The position numbers and the translations under genes were made by a program. Positions 1 through 13,800 of a stretch of DNA of 64,000 bases are shown in pieces (the stretch's first letter is position 1; the number at the start of each line of letters is the position of its first letter). The stretch is from Parasitella parasitica NRRL 2501 (taxonomy: Eukaryota; Fungi; Mucoromycota). The notes below the pieces were generated by a model, which did no database searches, was not told the DNA's origin, and worked only from the letters and a program-made list of their open reading frames with translations. The stretch covers positions 70,962 through 134,961 of the forward strand of contig MU619300.1 of NCBI GenBank assembly GCA_025201805.1, read 5' to 3'.

Positions 1-309
1 GGTAGACGAATACCTCACCAGTCAAGTCTGCAACAACTGCAAAAAAAGAAATGTTGAAAACGTTGTGCAACGATCAGCAAAGCGAAGAGTACATTATGTA
101 TATTACAGTGTCAAGAAACCGTTTGTAATATTATTTGGGATCGCGATATAATGGCTGCAAAAAACATCCTCAACATGTTTTTACATGCAGCAAGAAACAA
201 TGACGCTCGTCTTTCACCATTCCAGAAGAATAATTGCAAGCATTGTGTGTCATTGATAGTACTCTTTGATACGCCATGGGTATTCGGTTTATCCTATACA
301 CCATTATAG
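1..309 (+). pseudogene. 3' end of a Fanzor/TnpB-like RNA-guided nuclease gene, frameshifted, running off the left edge
   Basis: Frame 2 from base 2 reads VDEYLTSQVCNNCKKRNVENVVQRSAKRRVH. After a frameshift near 100 (tatgtatatta), frame 1 reads LQCQETVCNIIWDRDIMAAKNILNMF...RLSPFQK to a TAG at 307-309. These match the TnpB/Fanzor E-x-x-TS-x-x-CxxC zinc ribbon and the RuvC-III DRDxxAAxNI motif. Confidence 0.8.
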
Positions 310-590
310 GTGAGTAAAATTGTCCAAAAAAAAAAAGAAAGTATCATCCTCTCACCAATTTTCTTTTGGAAATATTGTAAAATTAGCATCTCCGTTGGAG
401 ATGCTCTTAAGGATGCAATATAGTTATTTCATTAGTTCGTGGGATCTCATTATAAACGTGAAAAAAATAGAACCACCACAATAGGAGTCTTTGACTGAGA
501 AAAAAATTAAAAGGTGTAGGACAAGATAATAAAGTCTTTAGATTAAGCACACAATAGAATGACATTGATCTGCTTGATTTTATTACGATT

Positions 591-3035
591 TCAAGAATCT
601 TGACTGGCAGCAGCGGCTTGTCTCTCGTACGCAATACGCTGAAACCTGGATAGGTCCTGAATGAATTTAATACCAATAGGGCTGCGCTCCAGTCTACGAA
701 AGAGGTCAACAGTCTGTCTACGGACATGAGGATTCGAATGAAATAACCCTGCTCCTAATGCCGATAAACCGCCTTGGTGTTGAGGCAAAAATGACAAAAA
801 CTGTTTTGTGAATGTCGTTAATCACCCACATTTTCAAATTTCGTAATTAAAACAGTTACCTCTATCATTTGACGATGTGTAATTATACTGCTCAAGAAAG
901 CTTCATAGATGGAAATAACTTCGCTGTCCAGCATTTTCCGCAATCGCTTCAGTTTATTAATCTGTCTATACACATCCAAGTTCTTGATGCAAGAATTTTG
1001 CAGCCAATGATGCAAGTCCTATACAGTATTACATGAGCAAAAATACAGTCTATACACAACTTGGTATCGCTTACCCTTTGGTAGTATTTGTAAGAGATGG
1101 ATTGTCTCCATCCTTCAATTCGACCGGCATTTGCATTGAGTTCTCTCTGTTTTGATGTTTCGTCTTGGAACACGGGCCCATATCCCAAAGGTGTTTCATC
1201 CGAAGACCATCCGATTTGCGTTTGTCCGTACACTTGTTCTTCATAAAGCCCTGCTAGGCGGACAAAACGGTACAAGTAGTCTTGGAATTTAGCTCGAATG
1301 GAAGTCTCGCCATAGTGAGCTTGAATAGAGGCCATGACTTCACTCATAAACTCCACATCAGTGTCTCTCGAATCCTGCTGTTGTTGTTGTTGTTGCTGTT
1401 GCATCTGCGCTGAAGATGACATGTTTTGTTGTTTATGCTGTTGTGAACCAATGCTTGAAGTGCGACCCAAAGATAGTGCGGAAAAGGCCGACGCAGCAGC
1501 AGTGGTAGTAGCGTCTTCCGACAGCACAATCGACTGTTTTCTGCCAGTTGTAATAGCATAGTTGGTTTCGATGTTGTCACTGACAGTGATTTTTCCAGTG
1601 CTGATGTTGCAAAGGACATCCCACCAGCTTGTGTGTTCCTCGTATGTTGGGTTGGTCACGCCTGCAATGAAGCCAGGGCTTGGGTGTGATAGTGTCAGCG
1701 TCTGTTGAATGCGAAAACGCAATGGGACTTACCACTTTAACAGGTCATCAACGCTGGTCAAATTGGTGTACGGAAATGCACGCTCTGTAAATCCCTTCAA
1801 AACAGTACCGCAGCCGCTCCCTAAAGCACAAGCTGCCAGGACATAGTTGGCTACTTCTCCAGAAGGGTGTCCATAACCGAGAAAGACAATTCTTTTCTGC
1901 GTCAGTAGAGCATTCAGCAGTAACATGATAGGATGTGTATATGGCCCACTGCTGTCCAAGTGGGGATGGTGTGGGTTTGGAGAGCCAGGGTGGCTGGGAT
2001 TTGGGGTGAATGTGTTGACCAACTTGATGACTGAAAACTAGGTTGGAAAGGAGCGCTTTTGAGTCATTTAAAACATCAGTAAAACCAATGATAGACACCT
2101 ACATCGCCAACTTCCTCAGCGTTCACGGTAAGAGGGATTTTGATGGGCAGTTTGATGCCATCATACTCGATCTTGGTTTCGAAAAAATGTCTGTCTTTGC
2201 TCAAAGTCGGTATTTTTTCACGGACATGGCCTGATGCAAGGTCGATATACGTGCCCCTTCTCAACCGGCTTGCGTCTGTGTCCTCCATGATGTTGATGTC
2301 TTCCATACTGGTGCTCGTTTCTTCGATGAACATCTCTTCAAACATGGTTTTGTTGTCTGACGCTCTCAAAATTTGTCTCTCGTGCCAGGTGAATTTTGGC
2401 ATTCTCGACAAATCCATTGAATTTACGGCTCCATACAAGCATTCCAATATCTCGATGGTGGGATTTTCAAAATATTTTTCCATGGCTAGCAGCAGCACAG
2501 GCTTTAGTGGAGGTTAGTATTGTGGGCACTGCTCCAATTCATTGTTGTCTACCTTGTAAATGTGTAGATACTGATGTCTTGTGCAAATGGCCATAGCCTT
2601 CACTCTTGCGCCTCTATATGTAATATATACGCACACATGTATGTCAGTACAACTGCTTATAGCTGATGTTTGTTTACCTTCTAGCAGTAACATCGTGCTT
2701 TGTTCTGACCAAGTTCAACACATATAACAATGGCTTCGCCGAGCCAGCTTTTACTTGCTCGGCGTCTTGGTTGGGATCTGGAGTCAGTTGGTTCAAACAA
2801 AAGATGGTCCAGTCTTCTGCTCGCAGATGAGCACCGTCTGGGAGCATGAGTTCAGACAGAATGCTACAGTTTTGTTGGATTAATCGTCACCACGGCCACA
2901 CCCTCACAAGCCAAAAACTTACTGTTCGTCAGTCCCTGTTTCGTTTGGATACTGATACTTGAGATTGGCGCCTTTGTCGATATCGAATTCTGCCAGCAAA
3001 ATGTACTGAACGTGTTTGTTATTGTTGATGGCCAT
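591..3035 (-). CDS. AFI1: Afi1/MesA-like polarity protein (Afi1 docking + SPA/DENN-like domain), multi-exon
   Basis: N-terminus [30 protein letters not shown] and [18 protein letters not shown]; internal [37 protein letters not shown] and ERAFPYTNL...[34 protein letters not shown] introns link the ORF pieces. Confidence 0.8.
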
Positions 3036-3507
3036 TGTGTCTGTATTTAGTAAAAGCTCAAAGAAGAAGGAGGCAAACAAGCAAAATCATTTCAAAAAGC
3101 TGTTGGTACCACAATGCGTAAATTAAGTGGTTCAGTTGGCCCTGAAAATTGGAATGTCGAGGGCAATTGCTTAAAAAAGCATATGCTTAAATGCAGCTAT
3201 AATAGCATATAACAATCACGACACGTTATATACGTCCATTGTTTATTGTTATTATTATTATTATTATTATCCAGCAAAGCCCTCGTGGCATTTCAGACAT
3301 ATCCATGAGACCACTTTTGACAATGAGGATCCCCCAATTTCTCTACATCTCCTCTCAAATCACGCGAGCTGCTGCCATGGAGATGACGTACTCTTGGGCT
3401 ATTCTTTAGAAGTCCTTTGGGGGTATAAATACTTGTTCTTGAAGCAGTTTTTCTTCTTGTTCATTACAAATTACATATTACAAAGCAAAACTTACCAATC
3501 CCATACA

Positions 3508-4238
3508 ATGAGTGTCTTTCTTCAGAGTTCAGATGGCGAGGATTTTAAAATCGACAGGGATGTTGCTGAACGTTCCGTTTTGATCAAGAACATGCTCGAA
3601 GGTACCAACAAGAAAACTTTTTTTTTTTTATGAAATTGAGCTCTATTTTCTAATCGTCATTTTTAATGGCTTTTGTAGATATTGGAGAAAGTGATGCTCC
3701 TATCCCTCTCCCTAATGTTACAAGCAAGATTTTGGGCAAGGTAAATACCGTCGCGATGGAGACTTGGGCAATGGATATGTCCAATTAACAAATTTAACAG
3801 GTGATCGAGTGGTGTATACATCATAGAGATGACGCTTTGGTTCAAGATGACCAAGAAAGACGTAATACTGATATCGACGAGTGGGACCAAAAGTTCATGG
3901 AGGTTGACCAAGAGACTTTGTTTGATATTATTTTGGTAAGAGCAACAGGGAATAAAAATTTGCTGTTTCTGGTAATTGATAAGTTGTGGTGATAAATAGG
4001 CTGCCAACTATCTCGATATCAAGCCTCTTCTTGATATTGGATGCAAGACTGTTGCCAACATGATCAAGGGTAAGAATGCGGAAGAGATTCGCCGTACTTT
4101 TAATATCACCAATGATTTCACTCCAGAGGAAGAAGCCCAAATCAAGAAGGAAAACGTAAGTATTTTGTGTATCAGCGCAGACAGAACAATTGTAATCTGA
4201 CAACGCTCTAAATACAGGAATGGGCCGAAGATCGTTAA
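3508..4238 (+). CDS. SKP1: SCF ubiquitin ligase subunit Skp1, multi-exon
   Basis: [94 protein letters not shown]...[19 protein letters not shown]. Confidence 0.96.
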
Positions 4239-4342
4239 ATAGCTCTTTATTTTTTTTTTTTTTTTTACCCTTGATAAACAGAATGATTCACATGCATTAA
4301 AAAACGAACTTTTTGTTGAAGCAAAACTAGTGGGTTTATTAT

Positions 4343-5689
4343 TTATGTGCTATCCTTTGTATGAGACAGCCAGCTTTTGAATTTTTCATCCTCTTCTCGT
4401 TGAGCTTTGGAAGGGGGATATTTAGAGGCACTTGGTAACGGATTCTGGTCGCTATCGTACTCTTCACCCTCATCCTCATCCTCATCCTCATCCTCCTCTG
4501 CTTCGGCATCATCCCAGCGATCATCTTCTAAATTGTCTATACAAAAGAAAAACGCACATCAGTTCTTTTGTCTGGTCCAGATAAAAAAAAAAAAACGACT
4601 TACGTTCTTTGTTCAATGAGACTTCAGACCCCTTTGTCATTTTCATGTCTTTCATCAACTTGTTCAACTGCTTTTCCCGATTTTTCTCTTCTTTAGCCAT
4701 CTTTTCACGGATCATTCTTTCTATTTCAGGCTTGTATTCCACTTCATACTCGTCGGCTGCTTCTGACACAGCTTGGAAAAACTCATCAATGCCAGCGCCT
4801 GTAACGGCAGAAACGCCCACCACCTTTAGATGGTTGTAAAATTCATCCAGCACCAGGCTCATGGAAGACATTAGACTGCTCATATAAGTCGTATCCTGGC
4901 TCAGTGCTTCCTGGAACTTTTCAAAATCAGTCATCCACTCGACAGCAAAATCGTGCGATACGACATCCGTCTTGTTGAATACCAAGATGAATGGCAGCTT
5001 GGTCTTGTAAAGAATGCTGCAAGCGTATAACATGTTGCTCATGAATGTCGCCGGTGAAGTAGTGCGTGGTGTGTCAATAATGTACGCAATCATGGTGGGA
5101 TAAGATGCAGCTAACGTATCTGTGATGATGGCGCCAGATGCTGACCACGTGAAGATCTCAATCTGTCCAGGTGTATCGACCAGAATATTGCTGCAAGCGG
5201 ATTAGCACACAATTATTGCACAGTTACTTTTGACAGTTGATTAGTCCCCTACCTAACACTTTGTGAGCGCTTGGCTACAAGATTAAGCACTTGATCGAAC
5301 TTGGTTGTGAATAAATTAAGGCTGGTCAAAATGCCGCCATTAGGACCGAGGTTATATCTAACGAAATGTGTCAATATTGACGTATATGGGTCAATCGCAC
5401 TCGGGTACTTGCTGCTTCATCACTTCTTTGTAGTTGACAGTATCTCTGATATCGATGTTTGCGGTGAATGGAAGAGAAGCCACTGCAGGATCCAGATTCA
5501 GGACGTACGGAGGAGTCTTTTTCTCGTGAAGGTAAGCGTTGATTCTCTACCATGTACGTGTTTAGTAAAACGCCATTACTCTATCGCTAGCTAATAAATT
5601 ACCTGCATAAATGTCGTTTTTCCAGAACCAGCCATACCAATACAAAGGATGACAGGAGGTTGCTTTTCTTCTTTATTCTCGGCTGACAT
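4343..5689 (-). CDS. GPN1: GPN-loop GTPase 1 (Npa3/XAB1), multi-exon, acidic C-terminal tail
   Basis: [15 protein letters not shown]-loop, [37 protein letters not shown] (GPN loop), [29 protein letters not shown]. The last exon is read in the D/E-rich frame ending SHTKDST*. Confidence 0.94.
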
Positions 5690-6965
5690 GTCTAATATCT
5701 TGTTGGTTTCCAAACAGCAACCTATTCTCTATTGATCAAATCTTTTTGATTACTCTGGAAGAGGGGTCACAGTCGAGTCACCACCTTGATGCACTGCACT
5801 GCAAAAGTTACATGGTGGGTAGTGATCGACAATGCTTTTGGTTTTTTAACAGTGGTATTTATCTATGCGACCACTCAACTATCTACACAAAAACACGTCT
5901 CGAGTATTAAGCAGATTTGTATTCTGTGTCTTGAAGTGCATTGGTAGTAGATATTTGGAGTTCCAATGACTACAAAACTTGCCTTATATTAGCAGCTGAG
6001 CACAATTCTGACATATGATCTATATTTTGCAGATGTTGGCTAAAAAAAAAATTCGACCATTATATTTTCGCAAATTTTGTTTTTAAAGATGAATATATTG
6101 AATTTGCTGGACAGCACTCGTTTTATCATTTTGTCTCATTTGTAGCATGGACAGTCGAACAATTGTTTACTTGATTACAAATTTTTAAAAGTATAATTTA
6201 TCAAGATGTGAAAGTTATAAAAGTTTGACTTGGCCAAAAAAAAAAAAAAAAAAAAAAATATCAGTGCACATTATCCTCATTAAACCTCACACGTTATTAG
6301 GTGAGCGTAGAGACATCTATGGTTGCTACTTTTAAAAAAGCAAACGACAATTTGCTTACTGTTAGTAGTGGAAATGCTACTTGTAATTGGCTGAGGCAGG
6401 CCGACCTTACATGCACTCGATTTAATGATGAAAAAACAAAATGCCAGTGTCACGATGAATGCGCTAAAATTTAAACGCGCAAATCACATTGCAGAATTGT
6501 TTCTTTCTTGACGAACAGATTAGGAAAAAATGGGATCAACACATAAAAGCATAAAAGAGACATTCCCTTTTTAGGTGGAAATAATTGTAATCAGTGTAAC
6601 TGACATTTGTCATATACTCTATGTTTCCCACGTCTTTCTCGGTTTGGACATCAGCGGACCAACTTACTATAACTAAACAGCTTCGAAAGCCCATCAAACC
6701 AACAATAGACGTATCAAGTATTCGATTTGCTATTATATTCCTAGAGAGAAAGATCTAGCGAGCGTATACAGCATGAAGCCAGCCGTATGCATAGAGAGAT
6801 CAGAGAATAGTAAATGATCACCCATGATGCAAATGCAAATTCTCACACAGTTTTAGTCACAATGTTTGAAAGTCCTTGGTAATAGTTTGCCAAATCCAAT
6901 ATAAAAAGGAAGCTAATACGGCTCATTTTACTTGATTCTTTTTATTTTTCTTTCAGTTCGCCAAG

Positions 6966-8774
6966 ATGACCCAAGCAGATATTCAAACTATTCGTTTAAC
7001 AAACGGAAAGACAGCCAATGGTATGTGTGTCGTCTTTGCGTATTGAATGATACTCGATGCATCTAACATGAACCGCATAGTTCATACGCAGCTTTTCATC
7101 AACAATGAATTTGTCCCGGGACACGGACCTTTGATCGAAACCATCAACCCTGCCAATGAGGAAGTTATCTGCAAGGTGCACTCTGCCGACGAAAACGATG
7201 TCAATCTAGCAGTTGAATCTGCATACAATTGCTATTACAAGACATGGAGAAAGGTGGCCCCCGCTGAGCGTGGCCGACTCCTCAACAAACTTGCTGACTT
7301 GATGGAGCGTGATAAGGACGAGATTGCTATCTTGGACGCTGTCGATAATGGCAAATCTTTTGTCATTGCTCGTGATGTTGATGTTACCGAGTCAATTGGC
7401 TGCTATCGCTACTTTGCTGGCTGGGCTGATAAGATCCACGGTAAAACTATCGACACAACCTTTGACAAGATGTGCTATACACGCCATGAGTCTCTCGGTG
7501 TCGTTGGCGCCGTTGTTGTAAGTATATCAAGGCGGGATCTCTCATGTGTTACTCACAGCATTTTTTTTTCCCTTTATTTTTCTAGCCCTGGAATTACCCC
7601 ACTATGATGGCTGGCTGGTAAGTAGTGTATTTGGAAAGGAGGTAATAGTAGACGGTAGCTGACTAACGTTGACAATTAGGAAATTTGCTCCTGCTCTGGC
7701 CACTGGTAACTGTAGTAAGTGTCACTTGCATCCAGTTTTTTGATAAAAAAAATTAAACCATGTTGACATGAACTTTGTTGAATAGTTGTCTTGAAATCAT
7801 CCGAAGTTACTCCTTTGGCTACTCTCAAGTTTGGTGAACTTGTCAAGGAAGCTGGCTTCCCTGCTGTAAGATATTCCGTCGCAAGCTGTATGCCAAATAC
7901 TGATTTTTTTTGCATTCAATAGGGTGTCGTTAACATCATCACTGGCTATGGTCACACAACTGGTAACTACTTGTCTGCTCACCCCAAGATCAGCAAGATG
8001 GCCTTCACAGGCTCCACTGTTACTGGCCGTAAGATCATGGAAAGCAGTGCCGGTAGCAACCTCAAGAAGCTCCAACTTGAGTTGGGCGGTAAATCAGCTC
8101 AAATTGTTCTTGCTGACGCTGATCTCGAAAGCAGTGCTTATTGGGCTTCTGGTGGCATCTTCAACAACCATGGTCAGAGCTGTAATGCTGGTTCTCGTAT
8201 CTTTGTTCACGAGTCTGTCCACGACAAGTTTGTTGAGCTCTTTATTGAGGAGACCAAGAAACTCAAGCTTGGGGATCCTTTTGACGACGAAACTTTCCAA
8301 GGCCCTCAAATCAATAAGTCTCAGTTTGATAAAATCTTGAATTACATTGAGATTGGCAAGAAGGAAGGTGCCAAGGTTGCTTATGGCGGTAAACGTTGGG
8401 GCAACAAGGGCTATTTCATTGAGCCCACTGTTCTCATCAACTGTAATAATGACATGCGTGTCATGCGTGAAGAGATTTTCGGTCCTGTTGTTGCTATTGG
8501 CACCTTCAAGACCATTGAAGAAGCTATTGATCTCGCCAATGACTCTGACTATGGCTTGGCTGGCGGTGTATATACCCAGAACCTCGACGATGCTATCAAA
8601 GTTACTAATGAAGTTAGAGCTGGCACAATGTGGGTCAACTGCTATGATGTCTTTGACCAATCTACTCCCTTTGGTGGCTACAAGCAATCTGGTTTTGGCA
8701 AAGAGCTTGGTAAATACGCTCTTCATGAATACACCCAAGTCAAGGTTGTCAAAATCCTCCTATCAAAGATCTAA
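6966..8774 (+). CDS. NAD(P)-dependent aldehyde dehydrogenase (ALDH1/2 family), multi-exon
   Basis: PWNYP, LKSSE, AFTGST, LELGGKS, catalytic GQSCNAGSR, EEIFGP, FGGYKQSGFG motifs. Confidence 0.95.
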
Positions 8775-8941
8775 TAAGCTATAAAAAATATCAGCATTTT
8801 GTATACAATTACCTGTTTCAATAAACCATTCCTATATTTGTACAGTACAGACTGAGTATATTACTACATGTATGGACGGCAACCTTTACTTTTCATGAGA
8901 CCCGTTTAGGAATCGATCTGATATACAACATTTTATTTTTC

Positions 8942-10631
8942 TCATTGGTTTATGGGAGTCAGTATATTATTAGGGGTAGACGTTGAGTTTTCTTGATCGA
9001 GATTCATGTCTTGGTCATGTATGGCTGTAGTCGTAGCGATGATACTTTGTTCCGATGTAACATCTTCCATCAGAGCATCTACCATCATGGTTGATGAAGA
9101 TGGGGTCGAACTTTCTAGTTTTGACGGTTGTGGGTGAACTTGTGGCTGCACTTGTGGCTGTGGCTGTGGCTGTGGCTGTGGTTGTGGCTGCACTTGTGGT
9201 TGTGGTTGTGGTTGTGGTTGTGATTGTGGCTGTGGCTGTGGAGGTGGAGGTGGAGTAGGCGGCACAGCTGCTGATGGCGGCGGCGGCGGCGGCGGCTGAT
9301 GAGAATGTGGTTTATGATGTATTTTTGCTAAATTATCTTTGGATATGCCCATAGGATCTGCGACATCCAAATGATTTGCAATATGAGTCAACTTGTCTTC
9401 CATTTTCAAAAACACTTCGCCCCCGCTCTTGACAATGACAGGCGGTCTAAAGTACTTTTTTCTATATTCATCCAACTGAGACAGACTGATATCCGACCCA
9501 CCAGTGACCAACACCACAATATCACAGTCTTGTTCCAAGGAGGGCAGTATGTCGCGGATTACTTGGGTGTAGCATAAAGATAAGCCAGCTCCTGATGCTG
9601 CTTCGACAATGAATTTGTTGTCTTCTGCAAAAAGACGAACAGCATCGGCTGCCATGGCGTCACTGACCGCAAAAGGCACAACGGGGTGCACTAGACTGAG
9701 CTCAAGCGACTTGGCACTGACGCAAGCCGAGGCAAGCCCCGAGGCAATGGTGCTAATTTTGCTCAGGGTTACTAGTTTTCCTGCAACGACCGAGGCTTGA
9801 AATGCGTTGCTACCATGTGTTTCTACTGCAATCACAGGGACTTGTTTCCATCCGATCTCTTGGAGACCTGTAATGACACCATTCAGCAGGCCTCCGCCTC
9901 CTACAGGACAAACAATAGCTGCGGGGGGATTGTCGTCGCCTAATTGTTCTCGTAATTCGTACACAATGCTAGCATGTCCTTCAAAAATATGCTCGTGATC
10001 TGCAGAGGGAACATAGACGCTGTGCGGTAAAAGCCTTTAATTTTCTGATCTGCCCCCCCCCTCTCTCTCTCTCTGAAGGACACTTACCCGTTTCTTTTGA
10101 CCAGCTTCCTCGCATGAGATTCAGCAGCATCCCAGTTATCGCCGTACAAGATCAACTGCGCTCCCTCTAATCTAACGGCGTCGCATATGTGAGTTGGTGT
10201 GTCCTTGGGCATGACGAGGATGGCATTCACATTCAACTGTCGAGCACAGTAGGCCACTGCAACCACTGTGTTGACGCCGGACCCGCAGATGAAATGAATG
10301 TCTGTTCCTCTTGACTCCACTGCTTTATAGCAAAAATTGCCAATGCCTCTTTATCAAGTTTGCATTAGCTTCTGCTTGGCCGAGTAAAATACCAAGTCAA
10401 GATGTAGTTTACCTCATTTTGACAGATCCAGAAGGCTGGATTGATTCAATTTTGAAATATATATTGCTGCGATAAAACTGATGAATACATGCAGGTTATG
10501 CTGCATTTGATATTTCCACATTACCAGTCTAGCTTGATGCTCAGTTTTGGAGAGTGGATCAGTGGAGTTTGCACATGAAGTGCTTCTAGATGAGAATACC
10601 CTTGAGTGTCGTCATCTGAAGAATCATCCAT
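8942..10631 (-). CDS. Serine/threonine dehydratase-like PLP fold-type II protein with divergent active-site motifs and a Pro/Gln-rich C-terminal extension
   Basis: QTPLIHS, IYFKIESIQPSGSVKMRGIG (PLP lysine), EGHASIVYEL, VGGGGLLNG, VETHG, VTGGSDI; three introns inferred. Confidence 0.85.
9125..9300 (-). repeat. Coding (CCACAR)n and (CCG)n microsatellites giving poly-Pro and (PQ)n tracts
   Basis: tgtggc/tgtggt hexamer run and ggc run on the + strand, translating to PPPPPPP and QPQPQPQPQ. Confidence 0.9.
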
Positions 10632-10776
10632 AGTATTGGTAACAGCGAGAGATAAAAGAGAGAGAGAGAGAGAGTTTTGTTCGTGTCTTCCTTCAGCATT
10701 TGCATCTTGATTTGGTGCACCGATACGCGAGACGGGAATAAAGTGTGAACCGCGTATGTTCGTATTTGGCAACAGA

Positions 10777-10815
<39 letters not shown>

Positions 10816-10826
10816 TTCTGCGCAAC

Positions 10827-13800
10827 ATGCCATTACTTGATTTACTTGAGGATTCAGGTTGCTCAATAGGGCCTGATGGCATTATGTTTGGTGAGTCACA
10901 GCACACATGCACTTGGGAAGCAGCACTGACAAATCGCTACTCTAGTCATCGAGCCCGTTTTGTTTAGGAGAAAACTCTCCAGCCTGCTGAGAGCCCAGCC
11001 CCAAGCTCCCGAAGCGTTTATTAGAGACATTCAGGACTACACTGAAGACCCGCTAGAATTTAGAAAGCTCCTACTGCCATCGAAAATGGATGAAAATAGT
11101 GTAGGGAGAGCTGGTCGGTAAGTCATGGTATACTGCTGGAGGGAGGGATCGACGTTTCCGAAAACTGACAGGCTTACATCCGCAGCTCATCATGTTCAGA
11201 CAGCTTGTTCAAAACTTTACTGGCAATTGATTCCGTGCAAGCTGATTTGATCACCTATCTGCTAGAAAGACTGCCTGAATTTTACGACGAATTGGAGAAT
11301 GAGTAAGTGTGGCGATTGATTCATTCATGCGAGAACTGCGGCTCATAATGTCCCTGCTGTAGCAACTCGAGTTCTTGCACGGCTCGTTTGATTTTGCATC
11401 AATTGCGATGGCTAGACTACATTGTCCAGCCCGAAGCGCTCACAGGCAAACTGATCGAGATTATCCAGATCACCCCGCCCATCATTCAGCATGAAATGAT
11501 CACTTCTCTGCCAGACATTGTCAACGATTCCGAGCACAAGCCCATTGTCGTGTTTTTAAAGGAGCTCATGAACGACAACGGCGATCTGACTGTGGCTATT
11601 CTTGACGCACTTTCCAACCTGACGCTCCATTCAGAAAGCCTGGAGGATGTGAGAGAAACCGTGCTGGATCGATTGGAATCAGCACACTTGGATGACTTGG
11701 CAGTAATCATCAAATTTATGCTCCAGACTGTGACGCCAGCCACCGTTGACCAAGTTGTATGGGGGATTCGGCAGAAACTTAACTTTCGCTCTCTAAGCAG
11801 CAGTAAATCCAACCCAAGCCAAAACAGCCATGCAAGGACAGCAGCGCCTGAAGCACTCATAGTAGAGTCCATCAAACTGGGCTTGCAATTTCACAAGTTT
11901 GTGTGTGATTCGTGGTTCAAGTCCATCATTGCACTAGAGACAAAACGAGACCACAAGCTGATTGACATGATGGTGCTGATTATTTTGTATTCCATGACAT
12001 CGATAAAGAAAAAGGTAGAAGGCGCTGTAAAAAAGAAAATTATCTGCGGTTATATTACTGGGCCTTTGGTTCAAGAAACAATTATCAATCATCCAGATGG
12101 ATTGGCGGGTTACTGGGGCACCGTCTTGTCTTTGGCAGAGAGTCTGCTGCGCGCTAGTCAGCAAAACAGTACATTATCACCGTGCGCCAGTGCCATGTAT
12201 ATCAGTGCATTCAAATCGACAGATGCATACTATCGACAGGAGATCATCGGCGCACTCGTTACTCATATTGGCAGTGGCGTCGAGGTGGAAATGAATGTTG
12301 CATTGAATGTGTTGCTGGAACTAGTCAAGACGGATGTTTCCAGTGTTGTAATTTATAGCGTATTCATAAAGGGCATCTTGGATTACTTGGACAACTTGAA
12401 TGAATTTCAAATCCGCACCTTGTTTGATATATTTAGTTTGCTGGCATTAACGGTAAGCGACGTATTAGCATCATGTAACGATTTTTTTTTTCATGACAAA
12501 ATTGTCTAGACGGGTACTGATGCGGATGGTTCTGGTAACCTCTGGTCTGAAATACAGACGATTATAAGAAAACAATTGTCAAACCCAAGAGAGAAATACA
12601 AAAGCATTGGCATAATCGCAAGCTTGTCGGCTGTCAAAGTGCTAGGATCTAAAAAGCTGTGCATAGCATTCCAAAATCAACATTCCGAAGCAGGAGGGTC
12701 CTCCAGCACTCAAGTTAGTCGAGCAGCATTAGCACAAACTGCAGAAAGACACCCATTATTACAGAAAGCTACTGAATTACTCGACTTTGCACTTCGCAGT
12801 TCAGGAGAATATACCAATTGTATCAAACTTATCTATGATGATTTGGCCCACATGATCCAAGAAGAAGACATTGACGAGAGATTGGAACTTTGGATCAAGG
12901 AGAACATGACTTCTGATTTCACAGAATTTTACATGGCTGCCGTAGTGGATGCGGATGCTTATATCCAGGAATCAAAGAATAACGGGTACCTTAAATTGGA
13001 ACCAGTGCTACAAATGGGATTAGATGAAGTATGTGAGTTTGCTTGTAAGCTTGAATGGTCCTATTTACCATCTTTCCCCCCTCCCCCCTCCCCCCCCCCC
13101 TTTTTCTTGTTAGAGCGAAATTACTGTCAAGATGTTTGAATTATTGCACAATAATTTAGATTTTCGAAAAAAAAAAGCTCAAATTGTCCCCATGTGCTCC
13201 ATCTTCCACTTAATTCAAAGCTGCGAAAAGAAGCTTAACAATGGCAGCTTGGAAGAAGTAGATGCCTTATTTGGTTGCAGTGTGGTTCTGTTTGACGGCG
13301 AAAACCTAGACGACTTACCAGTAGAAGAAGTTGAATGTGCATGCGACATGCTTTTTTATACTATCAATTGGTTCAAGCAACTACTAAACGCATTCATGTT
13401 TAGTACTGAAGAAGAAAACTATCAAGCACGATTGTTCGAAAGACTGAGAAACATTCTTCTAATGGAATCCTTGCTAGAACAGCTAATGAAAAAAGTACCA
13501 AATTACGTACCATTGGAATTTCATACTATTGATACAATAAAGATGACCACTGCAACTACACTGTTGGCCATAGGTGATAATACCAGTCAGTCTACTTTGG
13601 ACGAAACAACTAGAACAAAATCCAGTAACGGCAATATCGCAGCTAAACCACACACCAACATCAAACTGAGTTCTATCCAAGATTTACGATCATATACTAG
13701 AGCCTTCGATGTGCACGTGTTGGAATTATTGAAATACAGTGAGCAAATGGACGACAATGACACGAAATTAACCGTGAAAGAAATCGACTACCTGCTACAG

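Noticed and set aside
4339-4524. ORF with an RMRMRM repeat
   Set aside because: Wrong frame of the acidic (EDEDED) last exon of GPN1
8094-8738. 214-aa antisense ORF in ALDH (similar ones at 33839-34447, 55557-56219 and 57421-58041)
   Set aside because: Shadow frames produced by the codon bias of the sense genes; no motifs of their own
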